Below are positions 30,843 through 41,482 of a stretch of DNA of 64,000 bases, piece after piece. The DNA comes from Gammaproteobacteria bacterium (GTDB taxonomy: Bacteria > Pseudomonadota > Gammaproteobacteria > UBA1113), in NCBI GenBank assembly GCA_965230635.1, contig CBDDLJ010000008.1, forward strand, positions 1,306-65,305. The letters run 5' to 3'. Both the position numbers and the translations under genes were made by a program. Under the pieces are notes generated by a model that saw nothing but the letters and a program-made list of their open reading frames with translations, did no database searches and had not been told where the DNA came from. Position 1 is the first letter of the stretch. The number at the start of each line of letters is the position of its first letter.

Positions 30843-32750
30843 TCACTGTTTAGAGGCTATCTGTTCATCAAACTGCTGCTTCAGCTCAGGCAATGACTTA
30901 ATACCCAGGTTTTTGCCTGATAATGATCTAACCGCCACCGTATCCGATTCAACTTCTTTATCGCCTACAATGAGCAAATAAGGAATACGTTGTAACGTGT
31001 GTTCGCGGATTTTAAAGCCAATTTTCTCGTTGCGCAAGTCATTATCGATTCTAAAGCCATTTTTACGCAAAATTTGAGTAACCGTTGATGCATAATCCAC
31101 ATGAGCATCGGTTATTGTCATCACAACTGCTTGTATAGGTGCCAACCAAAGTGGAAATTTAGCCTCGCACTGTTCAATTAATATACCCATGAAGCGCTCT
31201 AATGTACCTAAAATAGCACGATGAATCATAACTGGCACTTTTTTCTCTCCATCTTCATCGACATAGGTTGCACCTAAGCGTCCTGGCATAGAGAAATCTA
31301 ATTGAATTGTTCCGCACTGCCATAAGCGTCCAAGACAGTCTTTTAAGGTGAAATCAATTTTAGGTCCATAAAATGCACCATCTCCTGGCGCTAACTCCCA
31401 AGGCAATCCCTTGTTATTCAGCACATCTTGCAATGCGTCTTCTGCTTTATCCCATGTTTCCTCTGAGCCTACACGGCGATCTGGGCGTGTTGATAAACAA
31501 CACGAGATGGTTTTAAAACCAAAATCGGTATAAATCTCATAGACTAAATCAATTAATTGCTCAATCTCACTGGCAATCTGGTCCTCAGTGCAGAAAATAT
31601 GAGCATCATCTTGGGTAAACGCTCTTACTCGCATCAAGCCATGTAAAGTCCCTGAAAACTCATTACGGTGACAACAGCCAAATTCCGCCATACGCAAAGG
31701 TAAATCACGATAACTTTTTAAGCCTTGATTATAAACTTGCACATGGCAAGGGCAACTCATGGGTTTCACTGCAAAAACATGCTCTTCAGCGTTGATTGTA
31801 AACATTTCTTCCCGGTATTTATCCCAATGCCCTGACTTTTCCCATAATTTACGACTCAACACTTGTGGTGTCCGAATTTCTTCATAACCATAAGCGTCTA
31901 ATTTTTCGCGTATATAGTTTTGCATGAGACGATAAAGTGTATAACCTTTTCCATGCCAAAAGACCATTCCTGGTGCTTCTTCTTGAAAGTGAAACAAGTG
32001 CAGTTGCTTTCCTAGACGGCGATGATCTCGTTTTTCTGCTTCTTCAATTCGTTTCAAATAATCCTTTAAATCTACTTTTTTAGACCAAGCGGTGCCATAA
32101 ATTCGCTGTAGCATTTCATTATTAGAATCCCCACGCCAATAAGCGCCAGCAACCTTTGTTAATTTAAAAACACCGAGGTGACCAAGATGGGGAACATGAG
32201 GGCCTCGACATAAATCAACAAAGTCACCTTGCCGATACAGAGAAATAGCCTCGCCCTCAGCTATTTCTTCAATAATTTTTGCTTTATATTCTTCCCCCAG
32301 TTTCTTGAAATAGGCAATTGCATCTTCACGTGACATTTCTTCACGAGTAACTGTTGCTGCTTTTTTTACAATCTCTTGCATGCGTTTTTCAATAACCGCT
32401 AAATCATCCAACGTAAATGAGCGCTCAAAAGCAAAATCATAGTAAAATCCATCGTCAATGACAGGGCCTATGGTTACTTGAGCGGAAGGAAATAACTCTT
32501 TAACGGCTTGCGCCAATAAATGTGCTGTTGAATGGCGTAAAATTTCTAAGCCTTCTGGCATTTGTGATGTAATGAGGGTGACTTCTGCATCCGATTCAAT
32601 GAGGTAGCTCATATCTACCAATCGATCATCGACTTTCGCCGCTAGTGCCGTTTTGCCTAACCTCGGACTAATATCACAGGCAACTTGCGCTACACTCAGC
32701 GCTTCATTGTATTCACGTTTATCCCCATCCGGCAATATTATTATTGGCAT
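30843..32750 (-). CDS. thrS: Threonine--tRNA ligase
   Basis: The protein is 635 aa. Class II aaRS motifs are present along with the editing/TGS N-terminus ([14 protein letters not shown]). Confidence 0.9.
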   Translation of the reverse strand: MPIIILPDGDKREYNEALSVAQVACDISPRLGKTALAAKVDDRLVDMSYLIESDAEVTLITSQMPEGLEILRHSTAHLLAQAVKELFPSAQVTIGPVIDDGFYYDFAFERSFTLDDLAVIEKRMQEIVKKAATVTREEMSREDAIAYFKKLGEEYKAKIIEEIAEGEAISLYRQGDFVDLCRGPHVPHLGHLGVFKLTKVAGAYWRGDSNNEMLQRIYGTAWSKKVDLKDYLKRIEEAEKRDHRRLGKQLHLFHFQEEAPGMVFWHGKGYTLYRLMQNYIREKLDAYGYEEIRTPQVLSRKLWEKSGHWDKYREEMFTINAEEHVFAVKPMSCPCHVQVYNQGLKSYRDLPLRMAEFGCCHRNEFSGTLHGLMRVRAFTQDDAHIFCTEDQIASEIEQLIDLVYEIYTDFGFKTISCCLSTRPDRRVGSEETWDKAEDALQDVLNNKGLPWELAPGDGAFYGPKIDFTLKDCLGRLWQCGTIQLDFSMPGRLGATYVDEDGEKKVPVMIHRAILGTLERFMGILIEQCEAKFPLWLAPIQAVVMTITDAHVDYASTVTQILRKNGFRIDNDLRNEKIGFKIREHTLQRIPYLLIVGDKEVESDTVAVRSLSGKNLGIKSLPELKQQFDEQIASKQ

Positions 32751-32788
32751 CCCACCTACCTCTAAAGTTCATGCAATATGTTGTTATT

Positions 32789-32863
32789 TGGTAGGCACGA
32801 GTGGGATCGAACCACCGACCACCACCATGTCAAGGTGGTGCTCTACCACTGAGCTACGTGCCT
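32789..32863 (-). tRNA. tRNA-Val (anticodon GAC)
   Basis: Reverse-complement sequence: AGGCACGTAGCTCAGTGGTAGAGCACCACCTTGACATGGTGGTGGTCGGTGGTTCGATCCCACTCGTGCCTACCA. The anticodon loop is UUGACAU. The acceptor stem has 7 bp. A CCA end is present. Confidence 0.85.
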
Positions 32864-33654
32864 ATAAAACAGTAGAGTACCGTATCATTTGTCAATTATA
32901 CGGTCAAGTAGATGATTTAACAGAAAAACAATAGAAAGTACACATACGTATTTACACTGTTCTAATAGGGTACATTTTTATATGACGGAAAAGACAAATT
33001 AATATCCTATAAAGAAAAATAGTCACTATTTACATCGTTGGTATTGATAATGAATATTCTTATGTCAGCAAAAAAGCATATTGCGAAAAAAATATTGAAT
33101 TATTAATCATAATAAGTGCTCGTCTTTATCTGTTTTGTGGACAAATCTGTGTATATGATTTGTTGAACCGCTAACGGTTCATTAAAATAAAAACACGTCA
33201 TTAACCAAATAAAGCTGGAAAGCATTTAAAATCAATTAATTAAACCAAAAAAGTGATATTAACAACTCCACCTTTTTGTTTCTTTTCCTTTACTGCTATT
33301 GTGGAAAAAATAAAAAATAAGACTTGCTGGCATGCATAAATATATTTATTTCATGCATAAATAACAAATTTTCATCAAAATGTACTCACTCAAAACAGAA
33401 GCCAGCATACAAACTAAAGTTATTCACAGTTTCTGTGGATAAGTCTGTGCATAATACCCTGAAAAACAGCTCAATACCGCATGATTAAAAGCATTTTGAT
33501 AAATTTATCGAAAAATAGACACGATAGAAATTGTAATAAATTCAATTAGTTACTACATAGCAAGCATTTATTGCTATTTTTATTATTGAAAGGGAAAAAA
33601 AAATTTAACATTTTTATTGCTTGTTGAAAACTCTTCTGATATTTAGCCGCATTG

Positions 33655-34350
33655 TTACGAAGCTGGTGTGTGTGAGTCCAATAATTGCTTAATTAAGCAC
33701 AAGTCTTGAAATGCCTTGCGCTTATCCCGCGGGCTGCGCAATAAATAAGCTGGATGATACGTCACAATAAGTGGAATATTACTGGTACCAAATTTCCATT
33801 GCTTACCGCGCAATGCGCCCAATCGCTGTTCAATGCCGAGTAAATAATGTGCAGCAATACGGCCTACTGCCAGTAATAATTTTGGTTTGATGTGCAATAA
33901 TTGTTGTTCTAAATAAGGTGTACAACTTTCAACCTCTTGCTTGCTTGGATCACGATTATTGGGCGGTCGACATTTTAATACATTGCAAATAAAAATTTCT
34001 TCACGCGATAAGCCAATTGCCGCTAACATCAAATTGAGCAGTTTTCCTGCACGTCCCACAAATGGCTCACCTTGCCTATCCTCATTAGCGCCAGGTGCTT
34101 CACCTATAACCACCAAATCAGCTTGAGGATTGCCAACGCCAAACACAGCATGCTTTCGACTTTGATGTAATGGGCATAATTGACATTGATTGACACAGGT
34201 TCGCAAATCTTCCCAAGCCAGCGTGTCTATTTTAGTCTCATTCACAGCTATAGTCTCAGGCTCAACAAGCACGTCGACATTATTTGTCTGGCGTGACTGC
34301 CAGCGCACGATACCCATTTCTCGTAAATACACATCTTGCAACGAGGTCAC
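33655..34350 (-). CDS. Uracil-DNA glycosylase, family 4 (FeS-containing, SPO1 polymerase-related type)
   Basis: The motifs [50 protein letters not shown] and HPAYLLR are present. Confidence 0.7.
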   Translation of the reverse strand: MTSLQDVYLREMGIVRWQSRQTNNVDVLVEPETIAVNETKIDTLAWEDLRTCVNQCQLCPLHQSRKHAVFGVGNPQADLVVIGEAPGANEDRQGEPFVGRAGKLLNLMLAAIGLSREEIFICNVLKCRPPNNRDPSKQEVESCTPYLEQQLLHIKPKLLLAVGRIAAHYLLGIEQRLGALRGKQWKFGTSNIPLIVTYHPAYLLRSPRDKRKAFQDLCLIKQLLDSHTPAS

Positions 34351-34410
34351 GTTTTGCTTTCCTTTTTAACGAATATTATGCAAACTATTCCGATTTAAAC
34401 AACCGATGAA

Positions 34411-35811
34411 TTGATAATGACGATTGATCTGACCAGTATCAGTATTTTATGCTTGTGCATTCTAATTGCAAGCGCATTCTGCTATCTTCTGCTTGCAAAA
34501 AAAATAGGCAACTGTTGGCGCTTACTAACCAAAATAGAATTCTATCAGCAAGAACAACACAAGCTACACGACAGCATTAATAAGCTCAGTCAACAAAGTG
34601 AATTACAACAAGAAAAATTACAGCATCAATTCAGCCAAGAATTAAATAAACAATCTCAGCAAATATCAGAAAAACTAGCCCAGTCACAATTGCAGATGGA
34701 AAAAGCCTTTGCAGGATTAACAAGCTATTTGCAAAAACAACAATCGGAATTTCGTCAGCAATTTGATAAACATCAATTTGACCAAGTAAAAAGCTTACAA
34801 GATACCTGGCGGCAAAGTGCCATGGCGCTACAAAAACAGATCAATGACACATTAAATCAAAATGCGAAAAATATTGATGCACGCATGGAAAAGTTAACAG
34901 CAAATACAGATCAGCGCTTAAAAGAAATCAGTAACCAAGTTGAAAAGCGCTTACATGAAGGTTTTGAAAAAACCAATGCAACGTTTAGTGACATCGTTAA
35001 ACGCTTGGCTTTAATTGATGCAGCACAAAAAAAAATCACCGAATTATCCAGCAATGTGGTTAGTTTACAAGAAATACTTTCTGACAAACGGAGTCGAGGC
35101 GCCTTTGGTGAAGTACAATTAAGTGCATTATTGAGAAATGTGATGCCTGAACACAGTTTCTCTCTACAAGCAACACTATCAAATGGCAAGCGTGTTGATT
35201 GTTTACTGTACTTACCTCCACCAACCGGCAATATCGCCATTGATGCAAAATTTCCATTAGAAGATTATCGCAAAATGACGGATATTACATGCAGCACACA
35301 AGAGCGCCGAGCAGCAGAACAACAATTTTGTGCAATGGTAAAAAAGCACGTCCAAGATATTAGTAGCAAATATATTTTACCTGGCGAAACTTCTGACGGT
35401 GCCATCATGTTTCTCCCAGCTGAAGCCATCTTTGCTGAAATCCATAGCCACTACCCTGATTTAATCGAATTTGCACATAAAAACCAAGTATGGCTAGTTT
35501 CTCCTACAACATTAATGGCGATATTAACCACCGCACGTGCTGTATTAAAAGATGAAGCAACACGCAAACAAATTCATATCATTCAGGAGCATTTAGGCTA
35601 TCTCGCCAAGGACTTTTCTCGATTTGAGCAACGCATGGATAAATTGGGCAAACATATAGAACAAGCTAACACTGACGTTAAAGACATTCACACATCTGCT
35701 CGCAAGATCACGAGTCGGTTTGAAAAAATTGAAAAAGCAGAGTTATCCATTGAACAACAACAGACCGCTGATATGATGGAGCCTGTGCTAACATGGCAGG
35801 ATGAGGAATAA
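34411..35811 (+). CDS. rmuC: DNA recombination protein RmuC
   Basis: The protein has an N-terminal TM helix, a long Q-rich coiled-coil, and a C-terminal RmuC nuclease-like region (GAFGEVQLSALLRNVMPEHSFSLQATLSNGKRVDCLLYLP...IAIDAKFPLEDY). Confidence 0.75.
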   Translation: MIMTIDLTSISILCLCILIASAFCYLLLAKKIGNCWRLLTKIEFYQQEQHKLHDSINKLSQQSELQQEKLQHQFSQELNKQSQQISEKLAQSQLQMEKAFAGLTSYLQKQQSEFRQQFDKHQFDQVKSLQDTWRQSAMALQKQINDTLNQNAKNIDARMEKLTANTDQRLKEISNQVEKRLHEGFEKTNATFSDIVKRLALIDAAQKKITELSSNVVSLQEILSDKRSRGAFGEVQLSALLRNVMPEHSFSLQATLSNGKRVDCLLYLPPPTGNIAIDAKFPLEDYRKMTDITCSTQERRAAEQQFCAMVKKHVQDISSKYILPGETSDGAIMFLPAEAIFAEIHSHYPDLIEFAHKNQVWLVSPTTLMAILTTARAVLKDEATRKQIHIIQEHLGYLAKDFSRFEQRMDKLGKHIEQANTDVKDIHTSARKITSRFEKIEKAELSIEQQQTADMMEPVLTWQDEE

Positions 35812-35883
35812 AGAATACGGCTGATGGTGTGTTTTCTTGAAGTGGTTACGATTTATATAACTGGCTGATTTCAAAAAAATATT

Positions 35884-35960
35884 TGGCGCGCCCGGAGAGA
35901 TTCGAACTCCCGACCACCTGGTTCGAAGCCAGATACTCTATCCAACTGAGCTACGGGCGC
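35884..35960 (-). tRNA. tRNA-Arg with apparent anticodon TCG
   Basis: Reverse-complement sequence: GCGCCCGTAGCTCAGTTGGATAGAGTATCTGGCTTCGAACCAGGTGGTCGGGAGTTCGAATCTCTCCGGGCGCGCCA. The anticodon loop is CUUCGAA. It differs at only 4 of 77 positions from the Arg-ACG gene at 44330. Confidence 0.8.
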
Positions 35961-36225
35961 TATAAAAGTGACTTTTACTGCCTGTGTTTTTGCACATCAA
36001 TTACATTATCTAAGCAACGCGCTTTAACAACCGTGACAATGTCTAGACAGCCAATACGTGACAACAACTGATCGACAGACACTTGCACGACATTATAATC
36101 AATTTTCTAACACAAAAGGAATAGTTCAGCCTTAATTATTTTTCTGTAAAAAAATCAATCAAAACGTTGGCGCTAGTTAACGATAATGGCTGATAAAAAA
36201 ATATCGATGAATTATTAGCAGCATA

Positions 36226-37572
36226 CTAGGCACTTTCGGTTATTTTCACCATATTTTCTAGTGCTTTTCGAGCATTTTCTACCAACCAATCTTGACCTCT
36301 ATCATCCAACCGCTGCCTTGTGCCGGTAAATTCATTTACCACATCGCCAGGTTTGACGATATTATATTCAGGCGCTTTTCCCTGGCGTAATAAATCTAAT
36401 ATAGCCACCAAGTGAGGCGGGTCATTCCGCGACATTGTTGCACAACCGCAACCCATTCCCTGAGCTCCTTTCACTTTTGCCATACCTAAATTGACAACCT
36501 CAATACCAAAATCCTGACAGTATGTTTTAATATTTTCAACTAAATGATCTTCTGTACCTATTGCATATTTTTTCGTAGCAAATGTATCATTGGTTACATG
36601 CTGCCAAATAAATGCTGTTGAACCAGAGCTATCGGCAACATCGACAACCACTTTTCTACATTCCGGATGCACAACCACGTGATAATCTCGGTCTTGCCAA
36701 TATTTAACCATCTCAGGTGTATAATAACTATGTACTCCGCACTCACTAGAAAATAACACTAATTCAGCTTTATCAAATTGTGCTAACGTTTTTTCATCCT
36801 GCGCTAACAAGTTAAACTGAGCTCCTGCCGTCCCTCCTGGCCAATAAGCAATGTTATCGGGAGGAATGCCTACCCAACTAGCAACATTTTCTCCCATGTG
36901 TTTATCAGGAATAAAAAATATTTTTTTGTTTTTCTCTCTAGCCCATTCAAATATTTTTTTTACATTTGAACTGGTACAAACAGCTCCACCTAATTCACCG
37001 GTCATTGCTTTAATTCGTCCCGATGTATTCATATAGCAAATAGGTAAAATATTTTCTGTTCCATAACGTTCGCTTAAATCAAGAAAAGCAGGCTCGACCA
37101 TAAAATCTTTTGCTAGCATTTCCATTGTACAACCCGCTTTAGGGTTGGTGATATAAACAGTTTGATTTGGTTTTGCTAAAACACTGATCGACTCTGCCAT
37201 AAAATGCACAGCAGACTCTACTATGACTTCTTTATTAGGATTATTAGTAGCCATCAATGCTAGCTGGTAAGAGTCACCTACAATGCCACCAAATTCTTCT
37301 ATTAGTTTAACAATTTCTCCTCCCATATAGAAATGAGAGAGCAGCAAAAGCTTGTCGCCAAAATATTTTTGTGCAGGTATAATATAACGTTCCATCCATT
37401 TCAAAATCGTACTCATTTTTCGATCGGGTAGTGCTTGAAATTCTTCTGCATAAGGAATAAATTCTTCTTGATACCAATCTAACGGATAATCTTGTTGACA
37501 AATATTCATATCTGGATTTAATGTTTTTCTAGTTTTTGCAACGATATAATCGACTGTTTTAAAATTTTTCAC
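36226..37572 (-). CDS. nadA: Quinolinate synthase NadA (long form with an N-terminal extension)
   Basis: Blocks co-linear with E. coli NadA are present (GDSYQLALMA, VVVHPEC, ADSSGSTAFIWQHV, CGCATMSRN). The gene is the last in a nadC-nadB-nadA cluster. Confidence 0.65.
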   Translation of the reverse strand: MKNFKTVDYIVAKTRKTLNPDMNICQQDYPLDWYQEEFIPYAEEFQALPDRKMSTILKWMERYIIPAQKYFGDKLLLLSHFYMGGEIVKLIEEFGGIVGDSYQLALMATNNPNKEVIVESAVHFMAESISVLAKPNQTVYITNPKAGCTMEMLAKDFMVEPAFLDLSERYGTENILPICYMNTSGRIKAMTGELGGAVCTSSNVKKIFEWAREKNKKIFFIPDKHMGENVASWVGIPPDNIAYWPGGTAGAQFNLLAQDEKTLAQFDKAELVLFSSECGVHSYYTPEMVKYWQDRDYHVVVHPECRKVVVDVADSSGSTAFIWQHVTNDTFATKKYAIGTEDHLVENIKTYCQDFGIEVVNLGMAKVKGAQGMGCGCATMSRNDPPHLVAILDLLRQGKAPEYNIVKPGDVVNEFTGTRQRLDDRGQDWLVENARKALENMVKITESA

Positions 37573-39215
37573 TCTACTTGCCCCTCTAACTGAAAATCAA
37601 CTACACTCATCAACGAATCCTTAACCTTGGTATTTTCTTTTGGGTAATCCTCACGATAATGTCCACCCCGGCTTTCATCTCGGCTCATTGCTGAATTAAC
37701 TATGAGTGTTGCAACTAAAATGATATTACGCAACTCTATCAAATCACGTGTGATTGTATGTTTCCAATAATATTCTTCTACCATTTCAGCTCGTGTCTTA
37801 ATTAATTTTAATAAGTCTTCTAATCCTGCTTGTGTGCGTATTACGCCAGCGTAAGACATCATTTCTCCTCGCAGCCCACGCCAATGGGCATTGATCTGAC
37901 TCGCACGCCGCAAATTAACAACACTTTCAGAATCCCATAAGGGAGCGCTTTCATTTTTTATCTCATTGCTTGTTTGTAGATATTTTTCACTATACTCAGC
38001 CGCTTGTCTTGCCATGACAACTGCTTCTAGCAAAGAGTTGCTTGCCAAACGATTGGCTCCATGCATGCCAGAACAAGCAACTTCTCCAATGGCAAGCAAT
38101 CCTTGCAAATCAGTTTGACCATTGATGTCTGTTAAAATACCACCACACATATAATGCGCACCCGGCACAACAGGAATCATCTCCTGTGTCATGTCTATAC
38201 CTAAAGAGAGTAATGTTTTGTAAATAACCGGGAAACGGGTTTTTATCACATGTTTATCTTTGTGCCGTATATCCAAATAAACAAAATTTTTATCACTGCG
38301 CTCAATTTCAGTAAAAATAGCGCGAGCAATCACATCACGAGTTGCTAACTCCATTGAATCTTTTGCATATTTCTGCATAAAGCGCTCACCTGTATCAGGC
38401 GATCGCAAATAAGCACCTTCACCTCGCAATGCTTCTGTAATAAGAAAATTTCGCCTTTGGGGGTGATATAATAAGGTTGGGTGAAATTGTATAAATTCCA
38501 TATTGCTCACTCTGGCACCGGCTCTAAAAGCCATTGCTACACCATCACCCGTGGCAACATTCGGATTGGTTGTATAACGATAGACTTTACCTATTCCTCC
38601 TGTTGCTATCACAACAACTTTCGCCATCACCGTATGAATTAAACTAGTTTTTTCATCTAATATATAAGCACCTATCACGGTTGACAATTCATTTTCTGTC
38701 TTTGCCGTAATAAGGTTCACCACCGTATTAAATTCATGGATTTTAATATTGCACTTTGTCTTTAAGGCATTGGTCAAGCCACGACTAACTTCAATGCCGG
38801 TTATATCTTTATAATGAAAGATGCGACGACAAGAATGTCCTCCCTCTTTTGCTAAATCAGGCTCACCACTTTCCTGACGATCAAATTGCACACCGTGCTC
38901 AATCAAAAAGTCAATGGCTGCGGGGCCTGCTTCAACAATGTTGCGCACAACTTCCGGCTGACATAATGCAGAGCCAGCATTTTTTGTGTCCAACATATGT
39001 TGAGCAATACTGTCTTCTTCTAAACTGACTGCAGCTATCCCACCTTGTGCATATAGACTGTTTGACTCATTCGCACTATCCTTAATAAATACGTCAATTT
39101 TCACATTTGCTTGGCGTGTTGATAATTCTAAGGCATAGGATAATCCTGCTATGCCAGCGCCAATCACCAGCACATCCGTTTGTATTCGCTTGCCACACTG
39201 TGAAATTTTTTTCAT
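37569..39215 (-). CDS. nadB: L-aspartate oxidase
   Basis: The FAD motif DVLVIGAGIAGLSYALEL is present, together with RGEGAYLRSPDTGERFM and HGANRLASNSLLE. Confidence 0.85.
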   Translation of the reverse strand: MKKISQCGKRIQTDVLVIGAGIAGLSYALELSTRQANVKIDVFIKDSANESNSLYAQGGIAAVSLEEDSIAQHMLDTKNAGSALCQPEVVRNIVEAGPAAIDFLIEHGVQFDRQESGEPDLAKEGGHSCRRIFHYKDITGIEVSRGLTNALKTKCNIKIHEFNTVVNLITAKTENELSTVIGAYILDEKTSLIHTVMAKVVVIATGGIGKVYRYTTNPNVATGDGVAMAFRAGARVSNMEFIQFHPTLLYHPQRRNFLITEALRGEGAYLRSPDTGERFMQKYAKDSMELATRDVIARAIFTEIERSDKNFVYLDIRHKDKHVIKTRFPVIYKTLLSLGIDMTQEMIPVVPGAHYMCGGILTDINGQTDLQGLLAIGEVACSGMHGANRLASNSLLEAVVMARQAAEYSEKYLQTSNEIKNESAPLWDSESVVNLRRASQINAHWRGLRGEMMSYAGVIRTQAGLEDLLKLIKTRAEMVEEYYWKHTITRDLIELRNIILVATLIVNSAMSRDESRGGHYREDYPKENTKVKDSLMSVVDFQLEGQVE

Positions 39216-40162
39216 AAAATTTCCGTCTTCATTGATAGATCAACATTACCCGCCGAATGTGTAATACACCCTACTGAGACAAAATCAACACCTGTTTTTG
39301 CAATGGCAGGAATCTTTTCAAGCGTCATATTGCCAGATGCTTCTGTCTCAAATTGTCCAGCACACAGAGTAACACATTGTTTTAACATATCCACGTTCAT
39401 ATTATCTAAGAGTATCCGCGTCACCTTGCCTACCCCCGCTTGTAAAACATGGGTTAGTTCATCACTACTCCCTATTTCTATAATAACAGGCAGGGTATGT
39501 TGTTCTAATGAAGGTAAGGCTGCTAATACTTTATCAATCCCACCAAAAATATCGATATGTGTGTCTTTGATCATAATGGCATCATATAACCCCATACGAT
39601 GATTAACACCGCCACCACAATAAACGGCATATTTTTCTAAATGTCGCATACCGGGCAAAGTCTTGCGCGTATCTAAGATGGTTACCTTTCCAGCTGCTGC
39701 CAGAACATAGTCGCGAGTTAATGTCGCAATGCCGCTCAAATGCCGTAAATAATTTAATAGTGTTCGCTCAAGCATCAATAATTGTTGAGCAGATGTTTCA
39801 ATGGATAATATACGTTCATTGCCTGGGACAACATCACCATCTTCATAATCAGAATGAATCACGAAATCAGTACAAAATCGAGACAATATCGCATCAACAA
39901 CAACTTTACCCGCAAGAACAATCGGATGTGTATCTTTGTTTATAATAACTCCACGTGCATCTTGCGTCATATCGGCAAATAACAGCGTTGTCGTTGCATC
40001 GTAGCGTGGTTGACCTAAATCTTCATTTAACGCAATCTCTAACAATTGATTATCTAGCTCATTAAGCGACCACTTATTGATTAGCACAGGATTACCTCTT
40101 CTTAAAATGCAGTCGTCATTATAATAATTGCCGGTTAAACTACAAGTAAAAGTCTTAGCCAA
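39212..40162 (-). CDS. nadC: Nicotinate-nucleotide pyrophosphorylase (carboxylating)
   Basis: ILLDNMNVDMLKQCV...GVDFVSVGCITHSAGNVDLSMK is the typical QPRTase C-terminus. Confidence 0.8.
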   Translation of the reverse strand: MAKTFTCSLTGNYYNDDCILRRGNPVLINKWSLNELDNQLLEIALNEDLGQPRYDATTTLLFADMTQDARGVIINKDTHPIVLAGKVVVDAILSRFCTDFVIHSDYEDGDVVPGNERILSIETSAQQLLMLERTLLNYLRHLSGIATLTRDYVLAAAGKVTILDTRKTLPGMRHLEKYAVYCGGGVNHRMGLYDAIMIKDTHIDIFGGIDKVLAALPSLEQHTLPVIIEIGSSDELTHVLQAGVGKVTRILLDNMNVDMLKQCVTLCAGQFETEASGNMTLEKIPAIAKTGVDFVSVGCITHSAGNVDLSMKTEIL

Positions 40163-40347
40163 ATTTTGCTGCTTGCACTATTATAAAACATTTTGGTCTT
40201 GAACAATAATTGGCATAGTAAAAACTCATGATAACATTAACTACTTTTGCCAATACCGCGATACAATCTTATCTAATTTAAGTCAATTTTACTTGTGTTC
40301 TAGCAATTTTTAAACCTGTCTTATTACCTTCCGTACCAACACATATG

Positions 40348-40359
40348 TTAACATGTTAA
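40348..40359. promoter_or_regulatory. Perfect 12-bp palindrome TTAACATGTTAA in the divergent nadC / DUF45 promoter region. It is a candidate operator.
   Basis: The sequence is self-complementary. It lies 186 bp upstream of the nadC start and 97 bp upstream of the 40456 ORF. Confidence 0.3.
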
Positions 40360-40455
40360 ATTTGCTGATTTAGACATACAATTCAATGTCTACGGTAATT
40401 TATATTTCAGCGTTACCTAACTTATAAGTATACTGGCAATCTGGAGCAACAAGAT

Positions 40456-41178
40456 ATGACAAAGAATAAAACAAACGAAAATTCTCTGCCTCCTTATACT
40501 ACTCGGATTAGTCAGCGAGCTAAATATTTACAAATCAAAATTTCAGCAAAGAAAGGTGTGGAGATTATCGTCCCCAAAAAATTACCACGCAAAATTAGTA
40601 TTAATGATTTTATTCAATCCAAACGAGATTGGATAATCCAACAATACACAAAAATTGCCAATCTGCCGCACAAAAAAGCAACACTCCCTAAACAAATAAA
40701 ATTAGCCTTTCTCAATGAATGCTGGCAAGTGGATTATCAAATATCGTTAGGAAAATCTCAAATTATTGAAAGAACTAACCATGCCTTAATTGTTTTAAGT
40801 CATTCGATTGATTTTACTACTTGCAAAAGCTTGCTAATAGCATGGTTAAAAAAGCGAGCAAAAAATCATTTATTACCCTATCTAAATGAACTAAGCAAAC
40901 ACACTAACTTGCCTTATCAATGTGGAAAAATCCGCACACAAAAAACACGCTGGGGTAGTTGCTCTATGAATAGAGTTATTAACCTTAATTCACATCTTCT
41001 TTTTTTACCGTGCAATCTGGTCACTTATGTTTTAATTCATGAATTAGCACATACTATTCATTTAAATCACTTAGCAAAATTCTGGGCGCTAGTTGCGAAA
41101 CATGATCCTCATTATATAGAACATGAAAAACAGCTAAAACACATGAATAAACATGTACCTGATTGGGCATTAGTATAA
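40456..41178 (+). CDS. YgjP-like (DUF45/M48-family) zinc metallohydrolase
   Basis: The HEXXH motif is in the characteristic context LIHELAHTIHLNH near the C-terminus of a 240-aa protein. Confidence 0.6.
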   Translation: MTKNKTNENSLPPYTTRISQRAKYLQIKISAKKGVEIIVPKKLPRKISINDFIQSKRDWIIQQYTKIANLPHKKATLPKQIKLAFLNECWQVDYQISLGKSQIIERTNHALIVLSHSIDFTTCKSLLIAWLKKRAKNHLLPYLNELSKHTNLPYQCGKIRTQKTRWGSCSMNRVINLNSHLLFLPCNLVTYVLIHELAHTIHLNHLAKFWALVAKHDPHYIEHEKQLKHMNKHVPDWALV

Positions 41179-41482
41179 AAAAATGAATTGCGATATCTCA
41201 AGGTGCCAGTTGTAATACAGCAGCGTGCTTTAAGCAGTAATACCTATAGCCAGGATTATACCAAACTTCGCTCAACACAAATTAACATTGGCATTCAAAG
41301 CTTATTCGCAGTCAATCATACCTGATACTATATATTAAAGCAGAAAGCAACCATCATTAGTACCATTTAGTCTTTTACTCGATAATGTCATAATGACTGC
41401 TGAACAAGATATTCTATTGACACATTTATTGTTGTGTGTTATTTTCAGGCAATGGCTATAATTCATAAATTATGGGAGAGTA

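Noticed and set aside
32870-33654. Possibility that the AT-rich spacer with DnaA-box-like motifs is the chromosomal oriC.
   Set aside because: Only two box-like sites were found. No dnaA, dnaN or gidA neighbourhood is present, and no clear cluster of 13-mer DUE repeats was seen. A regulatory or titration role is more defensible than an origin.
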